64,000 nt of DNA from an uncultured Gammaproteobacteria bacterium (GCA_964588165.1 CAZPMS010000001.1:164722-228721); one strand, 5' to 3'. Counted from the stretch's first letter, positions 29,430-40,052 are shown. Translations and numbers: made by a program. The notes: generated from the letters alone by a model not told the origin.

Positions 29430-30341
29430 ATGAATAAAATAGAATACCTAGAAATAAATCCAAAACACTCTTCAAAATATAAAGCCAACGTGCCAATTTC
29501 TTTTGGGTGTAATAATTTTTGCACTTACTGCGCCGTGCCTTATACCCGCGGTAAAGAAATCTCCAGGCCTTCAGCAAAAATTATTGAAGAATGCAAAAAA
29601 TTAATAAATGACGGTTATAAAGAAATTACTTTGCTGGGCCAAAATGTAAATAGCTATGGTTTAGATTTAGATGACGAGATCAAATTTCCTGAATTATTAA
29701 AAGGAGTTGATGAAATTGAAGGTGATTTTTGGATCCGCTATACCTCTCCCCACCCTAAAGATATGAGTGATAAATTAATACAAATCATGGCCAAAGGCAA
29801 GCATATCTGCAAACAATTGAATCTGCCAATGCAGTCTGGCGATGATGAAATTTTAAAACGCATGAACCGGACTTACACTAGTCAGCATTATTTAGATCTG
29901 GTTGCTAAAATCAAACAAGCCATGCCAAATATTTTTCTATCTACCGATATTATTGTAGGTTTTCCCGGTGAAACTAAAAAACAGTTTAATAATACAGCCA
30001 AACTGTTTAAACAAGTCGGTTTTAGCATGGCCTATGTTGCCCAGTTCTCTCCCCGTCCGGGAACCCCAGCCGCCAAAATGCCGGATAATGTAACTAAAGC
30101 AGAAAAAAAACGCCGTGAAGAAAAACTGAATAAAATTTTAAAAAAATCAGCTTTAAAAATTAACAAAAAATTATTAAATAAAAAAATTTTAGTTTTAGTT
30201 GATGGGCGCGGTATTGGACGAAACGAATTTTTAACCAAAGTTACCTTTAAAGGTTCCCATGATTTAATCGGTCAGTTTTTAAAGATAAAAATAACCAAAG
30301 CTAAAAGCTTTGGTTTAGAAGGATCGATCGCTGAAAACTGA
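29430..30341 (+). CDS. miaB: MiaB-like methylthiotransferase, radical SAM plus TRAM domains
   Basis: CNNFCTYCAVPYTRG (CxxxCxxC radical SAM), C-terminal TRAM-like region; same frame as 29040..29375. Confidence 0.7.
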   Translation: MNKIEYLEINPKHSSKYKANVPISFGCNNFCTYCAVPYTRGKEISRPSAKIIEECKKLINDGYKEITLLGQNVNSYGLDLDDEIKFPELLKGVDEIEGDFWIRYTSPHPKDMSDKLIQIMAKGKHICKQLNLPMQSGDDEILKRMNRTYTSQHYLDLVAKIKQAMPNIFLSTDIIVGFPGETKKQFNNTAKLFKQVGFSMAYVAQFSPRPGTPAAKMPDNVTKAEKKRREEKLNKILKKSALKINKKLLNKKILVLVDGRGIGRNEFLTKVTFKGSHDLIGQFLKIKITKAKSFGLEGSIAEN

Positions 30342-30342
30342 T

Positions 30343-30786
30343 CTATTTATCAACTCCCAGTAAATCGAAAAGTTGTTCTCGGGTAAAAGGCTTGGGCAGG
30401 GTACCGCCTATACCATCTTCGATTCTTTCTTTTACAACGCGTAGGCCATCTGCCTTGTCAATAAACTTGCCGCTCATCATGAAAATATTTTCTTTGTCCA
30501 TTCCGGCTTTCAACGCTGCTAAGACAACATCAAAGCCTTCGTTCCGTTCCGGAATATGCCTATCTGTTAGTAATAAGTCCGGTAATGTATCATTAATTTC
30601 TTGGATAGCATAATGAGCAGAGGTGATAAAAACCATCTCCAATGGCTCTCCATTGATGGTTTTATTTTCAATAAATCGACCTATTAAATCTCTGAAATAG
30701 GGCTTGTCGTCAACTACAAGAAGTCTGATCATGATCTTCTCCTTGAAAGGAATAACTGCTTGGTTTTTTTGTATGTACGGTTTCAA
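30343..30786 (-). CDS. Stand-alone response-regulator receiver (CheY-like) protein
   Basis: IRLLVVDDKPYFRDL...LLLTD...K receiver signature. The start is possibly the internal Met at 30733. Confidence 0.6.
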   Translation of the reverse strand: MKPYIQKNQAVIPFKEKIMIRLLVVDDKPYFRDLIGRFIENKTINGEPLEMVFITSAHYAIQEINDTLPDLLLTDRHIPERNEGFDVVLAALKAGMDKENIFMMSGKFIDKADGLRVVKERIEDGIGGTLPKPFTREQLFDLLGVDK

Positions 30787-30872
30787 ATAACCTTATCATA
30801 TAGTAAAATTTGAGTCAATATTTTGGTAAAAAGAAAAAGCTGACCCGATGTGTCTTGGGTCAGCTTGAAATG

Positions 30873-31274
30873 TTAAGCTGCTTGTTTTGCCAATGCTTGA
30901 ACGGCTTTGGCAATTTCAATCGTTTGATGAGGCTTGACAAAGACATTGCCTTTGCCCGCGAGTCGCTCAATATCGGCAATTTTACCTTCGCCCGTGAAAA
31001 CAAAAATCGTTTTCACTTTTTTCTGAGCTGCCTTTACTACGGCTGCCCCACCTTCATTAAAACCTTCAGGGAATCTTTCAGCATCAATATCTACTACCGG
31101 CATATGCCAATCAGTAACAACAACATCCCATCCGCCTTGAGACAACTTATCAATGGCTTCTGGGGCTGCCAGGCCACCATAGCAATAATCAACCCGGTGG
31201 CCTAAATATTCCAGCATCTTAACTAAAGGTTTAGAATGATTATGATGGTCATCAGCTACCAATATTTTCATCAT
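30873..31274 (-). CDS. Stand-alone response-regulator receiver (CheY-like) protein, GC-richer
   Basis: MMKILVADDH...VVVTDWHMP...K receiver motifs; 133 aa. The + strand ORF 30810..31205 is its antisense artefact. Confidence 0.6.
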   Translation of the reverse strand: MMKILVADDHHNHSKPLVKMLEYLGHRVDYCYGGLAAPEAIDKLSQGGWDVVVTDWHMPVVDIDAERFPEGFNEGGAAVVKAAQKKVKTIFVFTGEGKIADIERLAGKGNVFVKPHQTIEIAKAVQALAKQAA

Positions 31275-31421
31275 CCCTCCAAGAAATGTACAAAATTAAC
31301 GAATGTTAGCAATGAATTCAATTATAGCATAAATATCAATATAAGTCAATAATTACTAGTAAGCATTTCTTTTAAATACAGTTTCCTGTTAAAATATATA
31401 AGTAAATTAATTTAAAAAATA

Positions 31422-31595
31422 ATGACCAATCCTATTCAAACTAAAGCTGAAAAGCGACAAAAAAAATCAGACAAATCAAAAAAAGCCCCTAAAGGTGCTA
31501 AATTTTCCGGACAGGTTGTAAAAATGAAAACTTCTAAAAACTATACCGGTAAATCGCCTCGACGGCGATCTATCAAGGAGGCAGAAAAACGATGA
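31422..31595 (+). CDS. Small Lys/Arg-rich hypothetical protein upstream of miaA (below the ORF-track size cutoff)
   Basis: By-eye translation: MTNPIQTKAEKRQKKSDKSKKAPKGAKFSGQVVKMKTSKNYTGKSPRRRSIKEAEKR, with stop at 31593-31595. Confidence 0.25.
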   Translation: MTNPIQTKAEKRQKKSDKSKKAPKGAKFSGQVVKMKTSKNYTGKSPRRRSIKEAEKR

Positions 31596-31598
31596 TTT

Positions 31599-32483
31599 AT
31601 GAACCATAAACAATTACCAAAATTAATAGTTGTCCTAGGGCCTACTTCTGCTGGTAAAACCGGCTTAGCTGTAAAACTGGCTAAGCAGTTTAATGGTGAA
31701 ATTGTTTCGGCCGATAGCAGGCAGGTCTATATTGGCATGGATATTGGCACTGGTAAAGATCTCAATGAATATGGCAATATCCCCCATCATTTAATTGATG
31801 TGGTAAAGCCAAAATTTCAATTTAGTTTGGCTAAATTCCAAAAACTGGCTTACAAAGCTATTGATGACGTTATTAAACGAGGCAGAACTCCTTTTTTGGT
31901 TGGCGGCAGTGGACTTTATTTGCAATCAATCATTGATGGTTACCAGTTGGCCAAAATAAAACCTAAAAAGCACTTGAGATTGTTTTTAAATTTTTTAAAT
32001 ACCAGCCAACTTCAACGGCTGGCTAAAAAACAAGGTCTTAAATTAAATGAATCTGACTTTAATAATAAACGCAGGTTAATCAGACAAATTGAAATTTCTC
32101 AGAAAAAAAATAAATTTAAACCATCCGATTTGCCAAAATATGACTGTTTACAAATTGGATTAGCCCTTACTAAAGATGAGCTGGATAAACGAATTGATGC
32201 CAGGCTAAAACATCGTTTAGAAAAAGAGGGTTTAATTGAGGAAGTTAAAAAACTCCAACAAGACGGCGTTAGTTGGAAAAGGTTGAATGATTTTGGTTTA
32301 GAATATAGGTTTGTTTCAAAATATTTGCAAAACGAGCTTTCTTATGAGGAAATGTTTGAAAAATTAAGAACAGCTATTCATCAATTTGCCAAAAGGCAGA
32401 TGACTTGGTTTAAAAGAGATAACCGGATTAATTGGATAAATAACTATCTTGAGGCTGAAAAAATAACTAAAAATTTTATATAA
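31599..32483 (+). CDS. miaA: tRNA dimethylallyltransferase
   Basis: LIVVLGPTSAGKTGLA P-loop and ADSRQVYIGMDIGTGK motifs. Confidence 0.9.
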   Translation: MNHKQLPKLIVVLGPTSAGKTGLAVKLAKQFNGEIVSADSRQVYIGMDIGTGKDLNEYGNIPHHLIDVVKPKFQFSLAKFQKLAYKAIDDVIKRGRTPFLVGGSGLYLQSIIDGYQLAKIKPKKHLRLFLNFLNTSQLQRLAKKQGLKLNESDFNNKRRLIRQIEISQKKNKFKPSDLPKYDCLQIGLALTKDELDKRIDARLKHRLEKEGLIEEVKKLQQDGVSWKRLNDFGLEYRFVSKYLQNELSYEEMFEKLRTAIHQFAKRQMTWFKRDNRINWINNYLEAEKITKNFI

Positions 32484-32600
32484 TTTTCCTGTAAGCCTTT
32501 AAAAATTCAGCTGGAATTTGACGAGTCTAAACCCTCGTCTTAACATTAAATTTTTGTTCATACGTTTAGCGGAGGGTTTAGCCTCCGTGTAAGTTAAAAT

Positions 32601-33593
32601 TTAAATAATTGCGGCTTTGTTAGAAGGAAAAGTAACTGCCTCTCTAATATCAGTTGCGCCCATTATCCACTGGATAATTCTGGCCATGCCAAAACCACAA
32701 CCAGCATGAGGCACGCTCCCCTGCTTAAGCTGTTCAATATACCAGCTAAAATCATTAATACTGCCGCCCATTTTCTCCAAACGTTTAAACATTTTGGAGT
32801 TTTTTAATCGGCTTACCATTTCATCAGCCATATGGACCCTAGCTGCCGAACCAACTGCTTCTCCTCCGTAAGGCAGAATTAAATCACTGGATAAAACCCG
32901 ACCTGGATTTTCTTTATCAGGCAACATGTTAAAAAACTTTTCTACTTCGATTTCTTTGCCAAAATCATACATTGGATCCGGATAACGGGTTATAAATATA
33001 GGCTGATTGCCAAAATATTCTACCAAAATTTTTTCTCTGGCTGAACTTATGTCATCCCCCCATTCAATTTTTTCGCCTAACTCCTTAAGTTTTTCAATTG
33101 CCTCATCGTAAGTAACCTTAGTGAAAATCTTGGGGCAACTAGAAAGCCTTTTTAAATTTTCATCAGAAATCCCCAAATCCTTTTCCTTGGAAACAGCCAC
33201 AACGCTTTCGGCGATATCTTTGACAAAAAATTCAATTTCAGCGAGTAGATTATCAAAGTCGCCGGCAAATTCAATTTCCATCATCATAAACTCAGTTAAA
33301 TGGCGGTTATCAACCGAACCCTCGGCTCTAAAAGAAGGGCCACAGCAATAAACTCTTTCCAATTTTGGCACATAAGCTTCTAAATAAAGCTGTCCGGTTT
33401 GTGCCAGATAAGCCTGGCTGTTAAAAAAATTAAAATCTTTGTTAACTGCCACCTCAAAAAGGGTATTAACATTTTCACAAGCTCCGGTAGCCCTTACAAT
33501 TCTGGGCACTACCATTTCTGTATAACCTCTTTTTTCTAAGCTTTCTCTCCCTGCTTTAAGGATTTGAGAGATAAGAGTAACCTTTTTTTCCAT
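32601..33593 (-). CDS. Class II aaRS-like catalytic-core protein, asparagine synthetase A (AsnA)-type
   Basis: 330 aa with no anticodon-binding domain. C-terminal GCGFGMARI resembles class II motif 3 as found in AsnA (GGGIGQSRL); PYGGEAVGSAARVH region. Confidence 0.45.
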   Translation of the reverse strand: MEKKVTLISQILKAGRESLEKRGYTEMVVPRIVRATGACENVNTLFEVAVNKDFNFFNSQAYLAQTGQLYLEAYVPKLERVYCCGPSFRAEGSVDNRHLTEFMMMEIEFAGDFDNLLAEIEFFVKDIAESVVAVSKEKDLGISDENLKRLSSCPKIFTKVTYDEAIEKLKELGEKIEWGDDISSAREKILVEYFGNQPIFITRYPDPMYDFGKEIEVEKFFNMLPDKENPGRVLSSDLILPYGGEAVGSAARVHMADEMVSRLKNSKMFKRLEKMGGSINDFSWYIEQLKQGSVPHAGCGFGMARIIQWIMGATDIREAVTFPSNKAAII

Positions 33594-33841
33594 AGTTATT
33601 TAGTTAATTATTAATGGATAAAAAAATAACCCCATTTCTGGGGCTATAAATTCAAAAATTTAAACAGTTGTGTTGATATTGGATCTTTCCAGTGTATTAT
33701 ATTCAGCATACTGCACTTTATTATACACCTTAAAACAATCATTCTCAATAATACTTTTCCACATGTATAAATACCTCAAATCTCCACACTGTTTGCAATC
33801 ACTCACAATAAATTAAAGTATAAGGTTGGTATTTTTAAACT

Positions 33842-35578
33842 TTATTTTTTAATAATTTTTTTCTTAGGCAACTTTACTTTATTACGCTTTTTAATCTTCT
33901 TTTGTTTAAGGGACAACTTTCTTACAATCTTAAGTTCCTTTTTAGTTAATTCTTTTTTAGCTTTAATTTTTTCTAAAAGCTCCACTCTTTCTTGAATATC
34001 GTTCTTTAATAAGAAAATAGTACCGTTTAATTCTTTTTTAATAGTATCCATATCTTCAAAAAAACGTTTATTGTAAGGTCTTAATCTATATTTACGTGAA
34101 CTGAATAACAATAGTAAAATTGCCAGAATTATTATAAACAAGGATAAGGCTATTTTAAAATCAGTCGGCCAGCTGGTAAAATTAAATATATTTTCTCTTT
34201 CCACCAAAATAGAATATTTTACTGTTGGCAGGCTTTTAGCGCCACGAGTATCAATTATTTCTACCCACATTTTATAGGTCCCACTAGACATTTCCTTATC
34301 AGAAATAAAAATAAACTCACCTGTAGAGTCACTAACTACATAATAATTTATTGCCTCTTCGCCTTTCTTTTGCAGCCAAATGTCCACTTTGCTATCAGGG
34401 TAAGTTGAGCCTTTAATTACTAAATGGTCCTCGGTGGTAAGATGCTTAGTGTATTTAGTAATAATCGGTGTATCTAATGGTTTAATTGTAAAATCAATTG
34501 ACTTTAAAAGGAAATTACCGGCTTTATCCAAGGCTTTAATGGCCGCCACATATTCTCCCGGAGCTAAAACTTCTGACTGGTACTTATGGCTGCCATCATC
34601 CTGCCAGGCAAGCCACTCTCCCCCGTTAAATTGAATTTCATAATGATTTATTCCGGAAGTTTCATCCTCGGCCTCCAGATTGAATTTAATTTGAGGCTCT
34701 GTTAAATCAATTCTTTCTTCCAAAGTAACTTTTAAAAACTCAGGTTCTTTAGTATCTATCTGAAATTTATAGTGGGCAATATTACCCCAACCCTCATTGT
34801 TTTTAAACCTAGCATGCAAATACCAAGTGCCATCGCTTACTTCATCCAGTTCTTTATAATTTATGGGTGGGCTATAATTAACAGAAGGCGCATCTTGAGC
34901 GCTACTGCTAAGCAATAATCTAAGCCCGCTAGCACCTGCGGGTACTGGCCAGCTGAATTTAGGGTTAGTGTTGTTGTACCATTTGTTTTGATCAGGATGG
35001 GTAGTTGAACTTATCTGAGGTTCAAAGGGAACTCGGGTAGTATCGAGAAGTTCTGCTGCCATGGCTGAATCTGTTATCACATCCGATAAATGAAAGGTGG
35101 CGCCGCTCATGCCAGTTAATATATTGGTGCCTAAGCCGTCATTCGCCAATACAGAGCCGGAGGTAAGCCTTACTTCGGCCGAACCCACTGCTTTAACTTT
35201 AAAAGACAAGCTGATTATTTTTCCACCGGTGCCAATAAAGCCAGGATTTAAAACAATGCCTTCAAAATTCATTATTCCGGTACTATTAGAGTAAGAAGGT
35301 TCTTCTATCCAAAAATTTATAATAGTATCACCCTTAGATAGAGATAATAATTCCAACTTATTTTGGGGAAAGGAAATTGTGCCAGAGATAGCGTTTAAAG
35401 CTTCCTGTGGAGTGCTAACATAAACAGCTACCGAAAATGTTTTTCCTAAATTATAAGAACCAGAAGCAGGAGACATATACAAACCAGCCGCTGAAGCACT
35501 TGAACTTCCAATACCAAAAAACATCCAGCAGACAAAAATAGCTGTGGAAATTATTACTATTTTTTTTGCTTTGGGCAT
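33842..35578 (-). CDS. Cell-surface protein. It has a signal peptide, a cohesin/Ig-like beta-rich ectodomain, a single C-terminal TM anchor and a Lys-rich cytoplasmic coiled-coil tail.
   Basis: N-terminal signal (IVIISTAIFVCWMFFGIGSSSASA), beta-rich repeats, TM LSLFIIILAILLLLF near residue 470, then a KKELK-rich tail. Confidence 0.45.
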   Translation of the reverse strand: MPKAKKIVIISTAIFVCWMFFGIGSSSASAAGLYMSPASGSYNLGKTFSVAVYVSTPQEALNAISGTISFPQNKLELLSLSKGDTIINFWIEEPSYSNSTGIMNFEGIVLNPGFIGTGGKIISLSFKVKAVGSAEVRLTSGSVLANDGLGTNILTGMSGATFHLSDVITDSAMAAELLDTTRVPFEPQISSTTHPDQNKWYNNTNPKFSWPVPAGASGLRLLLSSSAQDAPSVNYSPPINYKELDEVSDGTWYLHARFKNNEGWGNIAHYKFQIDTKEPEFLKVTLEERIDLTEPQIKFNLEAEDETSGINHYEIQFNGGEWLAWQDDGSHKYQSEVLAPGEYVAAIKALDKAGNFLLKSIDFTIKPLDTPIITKYTKHLTTEDHLVIKGSTYPDSKVDIWLQKKGEEAINYYVVSDSTGEFIFISDKEMSSGTYKMWVEIIDTRGAKSLPTVKYSILVERENIFNFTSWPTDFKIALSLFIIILAILLLLFSSRKYRLRPYNKRFFEDMDTIKKELNGTIFLLKNDIQERVELLEKIKAKKELTKKELKIVRKLSLKQKKIKKRNKVKLPKKKIIKK

Positions 35579-35688
35579 ATTTAGCTCCTCCCTAACCTTT
35601 TATAAGGATTAAAATCAGCTAATATAATAACCTTACTATTATATCAAACAATTACATTTTAAAAAATACCCATTTAAAAAGATAGATT

Positions 35689-36432
35689 TTAATAAATAAC
35701 CACCGGTGTGCCAATATCTGCCCAGTTATACAAAAATTCTGCCGGTCCTATGCCTAACCTAACACAACCATGAGAAGCTGCTTTCCCTAAATGATCCTCC
35801 CCCTCTCTGTAACCATTGGGCCAATAAGGCAGCTCATGCAGGCCATAAGCCCCGCTGGGAGTAAAGGCCATCCAATAAGGCATCCATAGGCCGGCCATAT
35901 TAGACCAGGCATTGGCAAACTTATTATATATTTGGAACGTGCCTTTCGGCGTCTCCCATCCGGGAAGGCCGGCCGAAATAGGAAATGATCCAATTAAAAT
36001 ATTATTAACTAAATAACTTAATTCTTGGCGCTCTAAGCTTATTTCTATCTTTTTAGGCAACTTAACTGATTCATGACCGAGCGGATTATAGGCTTTTAAA
36101 ACTTCATCGCCGTCTAAATAGCCATCGCCATCGGAATCAGGATTTTGCATATCAGTGCCAAATTTAAGTTCCAAAATATCGTTTAAGCCGTCCTTATCCC
36201 AATCCAGCTGATGCATCATCCACTCACCTGCCCTATGAGGCGAATAGCCGTTTTCTATTTCTATTTTATCATTATAGCCATCACCGTCAGTATCGGCCTT
36301 ATCCGGAAAAGTATAATAAATATTTATTTCCTCTTCATCCGTTAAACCGTCGCCGTCGGTATCAACAGCTTCGGCCGATGCAAAAAATGGTGTTAACAAT
36401 AAAACTGAAAAAATTAAAAATTTTTTAGCCAT
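35689..36432 (-). CDS. L,D-transpeptidase (YkuD domain) with N-terminal calcium-binding DxDGDG repeats
   Basis: Catalytic HGCVRL motif; signal peptide; DTDGDGLTD / DTDGDGYND / DSDGDGYLD thrombospondin-type-3-like repeats. Confidence 0.7.
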   Translation of the reverse strand: MAKKFLIFSVLLLTPFFASAEAVDTDGDGLTDEEEINIYYTFPDKADTDGDGYNDKIEIENGYSPHRAGEWMMHQLDWDKDGLNDILELKFGTDMQNPDSDGDGYLDGDEVLKAYNPLGHESVKLPKKIEISLERQELSYLVNNILIGSFPISAGLPGWETPKGTFQIYNKFANAWSNMAGLWMPYWMAFTPSGAYGLHELPYWPNGYREGEDHLGKAASHGCVRLGIGPAEFLYNWADIGTPVVIY

Positions 36433-37927
36433 CGCCTAATTTCTCTTTAAATAATTTTGCCAAGGTTTCTGGATCAGCCTTGCCCTTGGTTTCCATCATG
36501 CCTTTGCCGATAAAAAATTTAATTAATGGAATTTTACCTTTTTTATACTCATCTACCTGTTGTGGATTTTCCTTAATAATTTTTTCTACTACCTCTGATA
36601 TTTGGCTTTCATCTTCCACTTGGACTAAATCTTCCTCCTCCATAATTTGTGAAGGATCACCGCCGGTTTGATACATCTTTCTTAACAAAACCTGAGCTGC
36701 TGAAGAATTAACTTTTCGTTTATAAACGATGGAAATAAATTCCGCAAAATTTTCCGGCGTAATTTTAATATCCAAAATTGACTTACTTTCCTCTTTTAAT
36801 AATTTAAATAATTCCGAAAGCAGCCAGCCGGTAACCAGCTTGGTTAATCTCTGGCGGTTAAGTTGCCAAATTTCTTCAGATGTTCCCATTGGATCGCCCA
36901 TTGATTCCAGCCAAGCCCTGGCCTCTGTTAAAACCTGTTCAAAATAGTCAGCCACATTTTCATCCTCAACCAAAATTTTTGCGTCAACTGAATTAACCAA
37001 ATATTCTTTTTCCAAACGGACTCGCTTATCTCTGGGCAGTTCCGGCAATTTTTGCTGAATTTGGTCAATAGCTTCCTTGGTAAAAATTAAAGGCGGCAAA
37101 TCCGGTTCCGGAAAATACTGGTAATCAGCTGACTCTTCTTTATCCCTTTGTTCTTCTGTTTTTAATAATTTTTCATTCCAACCCCTGGTTGATTGATAAT
37201 TAGGAGGCGTACCCTGGTTCCATAAATCGGTTTGCCTTTTAATTTCATATTCTAAAGCCCGTTCTACAGATTTAAAAGAGTTTAGATTTTTAATTTCCGT
37301 TTTAGGATATAATTTAGTTTCACCCGGCTTTCTTAAAGAAATATTGGCATCACATCTTAAGTGGCCCTTTTCCATATCGGCGCTGGAAACCTTTAAATAC
37401 CTGGCCATCAATCTAAGTTCCTGCAAAAAAGCTTTGGCCTGGGCCGGAGTTTTAAAATCAGGATTGGTTACAATCTCCATTAAAGGGGTTCCACCACGGT
37501 TATAATCTACTAAAGTTTTTTCTTTGGAATGAAAATTTTTAGCGGCATCTTCTTCTAAATGCAGCCGTTCTATGCCTATTCTTGATTCCTCTTTATTGGC
37601 CAAAACAGTTAAATGGCCTTCAATAGCCAGTGGCTCTTCGAACTGGGAAATCTGATAGCCTTTAGGAAGATCGGGATAAAAATAATTTTTTCTGGCCCAA
37701 ATTGATTTTTTATTAATCTGGCAATTTAAAGCCAGGGCCATCATTAGGCCAAACTCCACCGCTTTTTTATTAGCTACCGGCAATGTTCCGGGATGGCCTA
37801 GACAAATAGGACAAACAGTGGTGTTAGGCTTTTGATTCTCACCATCATTAGAGCAATCACAAAACATCTTAGACTTGGTCCTTGTTTGAATGTGTATTTC
37901 TAAACCAATGACGGGTTCTAAATTCAT
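36425..37927 (-). CDS. gatB: Asp/Glu-tRNA(Asn/Gln) amidotransferase subunit B
   Basis: N-terminus VIGLEIHIQ...FCDCS...CPICLGHPG; 500 aa. Confidence 0.95.
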   Translation of the reverse strand: MNLEPVIGLEIHIQTRTKSKMFCDCSNDGENQKPNTTVCPICLGHPGTLPVANKKAVEFGLMMALALNCQINKKSIWARKNYFYPDLPKGYQISQFEEPLAIEGHLTVLANKEESRIGIERLHLEEDAAKNFHSKEKTLVDYNRGGTPLMEIVTNPDFKTPAQAKAFLQELRLMARYLKVSSADMEKGHLRCDANISLRKPGETKLYPKTEIKNLNSFKSVERALEYEIKRQTDLWNQGTPPNYQSTRGWNEKLLKTEEQRDKEESADYQYFPEPDLPPLIFTKEAIDQIQQKLPELPRDKRVRLEKEYLVNSVDAKILVEDENVADYFEQVLTEARAWLESMGDPMGTSEEIWQLNRQRLTKLVTGWLLSELFKLLKEESKSILDIKITPENFAEFISIVYKRKVNSSAAQVLLRKMYQTGGDPSQIMEEEDLVQVEDESQISEVVEKIIKENPQQVDEYKKGKIPLIKFFIGKGMMETKGKADPETLAKLFKEKLGDG

Positions 37928-38457
37928 AGATTAATAATTCTTTCTAAAAATTTTATTCTATCCTCAAAAGGCAAACACATATCTAAATGTTGGTAAGGAA
38001 ATTTAAACTGGTCGGCCAATTTTTTATGGTTGTCTGGGAAAACCCTTTTTAACCTCCTCTCAAAAGCGGGCTGGCCCATGTCCCTGCTGCCGTCTGCCGT
38101 AATTCTTTGCTGATGTCGGTTCGCACACTCCTCAATATCCAACTCGCAGAAAACTAAATTGATTTTAAACTTTTTTGCCAGTTCTTTTAAATTATCAAAA
38201 TTAAACTGATGATGATTGGTGCCAAGCTCCAATATAATACTTTGGTCTTCTTTAAAAATTTCCTTATACATATCCTGATAAGCTTTTAAAGTAAACTTTT
38301 CGGGAACAACGGTGGTGTCTTTTGGTTTATACTGTTTTAAAAAATTATAAACATCAAAAAATTTAAATTTTTGATTCTTGCTTAAAAATTTTTCAATCAA
38401 AGTGCTTTTACCACATCCCGGCCGACCTACTAAAACCAATAATTTATTTTTATTCAT
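37924..38457 (-). CDS. P-loop NTPase / putative (deoxy)nucleotide kinase
   Basis: Walker A GRPGCGKST; 177 aa; overlaps the gatB start by 4 nt. Confidence 0.45.
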   Translation of the reverse strand: MNKNKLLVLVGRPGCGKSTLIEKFLSKNQKFKFFDVYNFLKQYKPKDTTVVPEKFTLKAYQDMYKEIFKEDQSIILELGTNHHQFNFDNLKELAKKFKINLVFCELDIEECANRHQQRITADGSRDMGQPAFERRLKRVFPDNHKKLADQFKFPYQHLDMCLPFEDRIKFLERIINL

Positions 38458-38468
38458 AGATAAATAAC

Positions 38469-39071
38469 CTAATTACCTAATTCCTTAACTTTCTTTTCAA
38501 TTATCTTTAAAATGTCTTGATGGACATCTTCTTGCTCTTGATTGGCATTAACCACTTCCCAGCCAAAACGGGCTGCCAATTCCAAATGGTTCTTACGGCA
38601 CAGTTCCATCAGTTCATCGTTTGACTCGTGCTGATGGTTTTCTTCTTTGCCGGATAAAAAACGCTCGCCATCTAATAAAATTTCTATATCCGGTTTTACC
38701 AAACCTTTATTTGATTCTATTAATTTTTCCAAATCAGCGCCCTTAGTTAGACCCCAAGCAATACCGGTGCCAATATAATCTTCGGCAATAATATTTACGC
38801 CCTCGGTAATTTTTTTGCACAATTGTGGCTGGAAATCCCGGCGGTTTTTAGTGTATAGAGCCTGAAAATCCTCTTCAGAAATTTCTTGGTCACCATTACT
38901 TCTTAAAATTTTATTTATCTGTTCACCAGTCGGTTTTAAGCTATAAATTGGGTACTTTAAATACTCCGCTTTTAAAGCGGACTTTTCTAAGGCATCCACC
39001 AACATGGCCGCCTGGGTAGACTTGCCTAAATTATTAGTGCCGTAAATTACGATAAATAAACCTTCTTTCAT
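38469..39071 (-). CDS. tmk: Thymidylate kinase-like P-loop kinase
   Basis: FIVIYGTNNLGKSTQAAML resembles the dTMP kinase N-terminus (FIxxEGxxGxGKTTQ); 200 aa. Confidence 0.5.
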   Translation of the reverse strand: MKEGLFIVIYGTNNLGKSTQAAMLVDALEKSALKAEYLKYPIYSLKPTGEQINKILRSNGDQEISEEDFQALYTKNRRDFQPQLCKKITEGVNIIAEDYIGTGIAWGLTKGADLEKLIESNKGLVKPDIEILLDGERFLSGKEENHQHESNDELMELCRKNHLELAARFGWEVVNANQEQEDVHQDILKIIEKKVKELGN

Positions 39072-39236
39072 AATAAACCTATTTTACCCTTTTTTACCCT
39101 TTTTTTCAATCAAATTTTTAAAAATTTTGTTTTTTTGATATACTAATATAACCTATATAACCTAACTAAATAATTAGGATGCTAGAATGCCAGTTTTATT
39201 ACCTCCTTACATTCTAGCCTCCTTACATTCTAATTT

Positions 39237-40052
39237 ATGAAACAATATTTATCACTTCTTCAAGAAATTTTGGATAGCGGACAAACAAGGGATGACAGAA
39301 CCGGCGTGGGTACAATTTCCATGTTTGGTGCCCAAAGAAGATATAATCTGGCCGAAGGCTTTCCATTAGTTACCACAAAAAAAGTTCATTTAAAATCAAT
39401 TATTTATGAACTACTATGGTTTTTAAAAGGTGAAACAAACATTAAATATTTGAATGATAACGGCGTAACTATTTGGGATGAATGGGCTGATGACAAAGGT
39501 GACCTAGGGCCAATCTACGGTAAGCAATGGACTGCCTGGCAAGGTTATGACGGTGAAACTATAAACCAGATTGAGTACGCAGTTGATCAAATAAAAAATA
39601 ATCCTAAGTCCAGAAGAATTATAGTTTCCGGCTGGAATGTGGCCGATTTGCAAACTTTAATTGCCGGCCAAAAATCTGCTCCGCCTCCTTGTCACACGAT
39701 GTTCCAATTTTATGTATCAGGTGATAAAAAACTTTCCTGCCAGTTGTATCAAAGAAGTGCTGATGTATTTTTAGGTGTGCCGTTTAATATTGCCTCTTAC
39801 GCTCTGCTGACCATGATGATGGCACAAGTTACCGGACTTGGTTTGGGTGATTTTGTCCATACTTTTGGTGATGTCCATATCTATAAAAACCATACTGAGC
39901 AAGTTAATAAACAACTGGCCAGAAAACCAAAAAAACTCCCGGTTATGAAGCTTAATCCGGAAGTAAAAAATATTTTTGATTTTAAATTTGAAGACTTCAC
40001 CCTGGAAGGTTACGACCCGTATCCGGGAATTAAAGCGCCGATAGCAATTTAA
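39237..40052 (+). CDS. thyA: Thymidylate synthase
   Basis: [16 protein letters not shown]...RTGVGT...; catalytic Cys region PPCH; 271 aa. Confidence 0.95.
   Translation: MKQYLSLLQEILDSGQTRDDRTGVGTISMFGAQRRYNLAEGFPLVTTKKVHLKSIIYELLWFLKGETNIKYLNDNGVTIWDEWADDKGDLGPIYGKQWTAWQGYDGETINQIEYAVDQIKNNPKSRRIIVSGWNVADLQTLIAGQKSAPPPCHTMFQFYVSGDKKLSCQLYQRSADVFLGVPFNIASYALLTMMMAQVTGLGLGDFVHTFGDVHIYKNHTEQVNKQLARKPKKLPVMKLNPEVKNIFDFKFEDFTLEGYDPYPGIKAPIAI

Noticed and set aside
30810-31205. 131-aa + strand ORF
   Set aside because: Antisense to the receiver-domain gene 30873..31274, which has clear CheY-like motifs.
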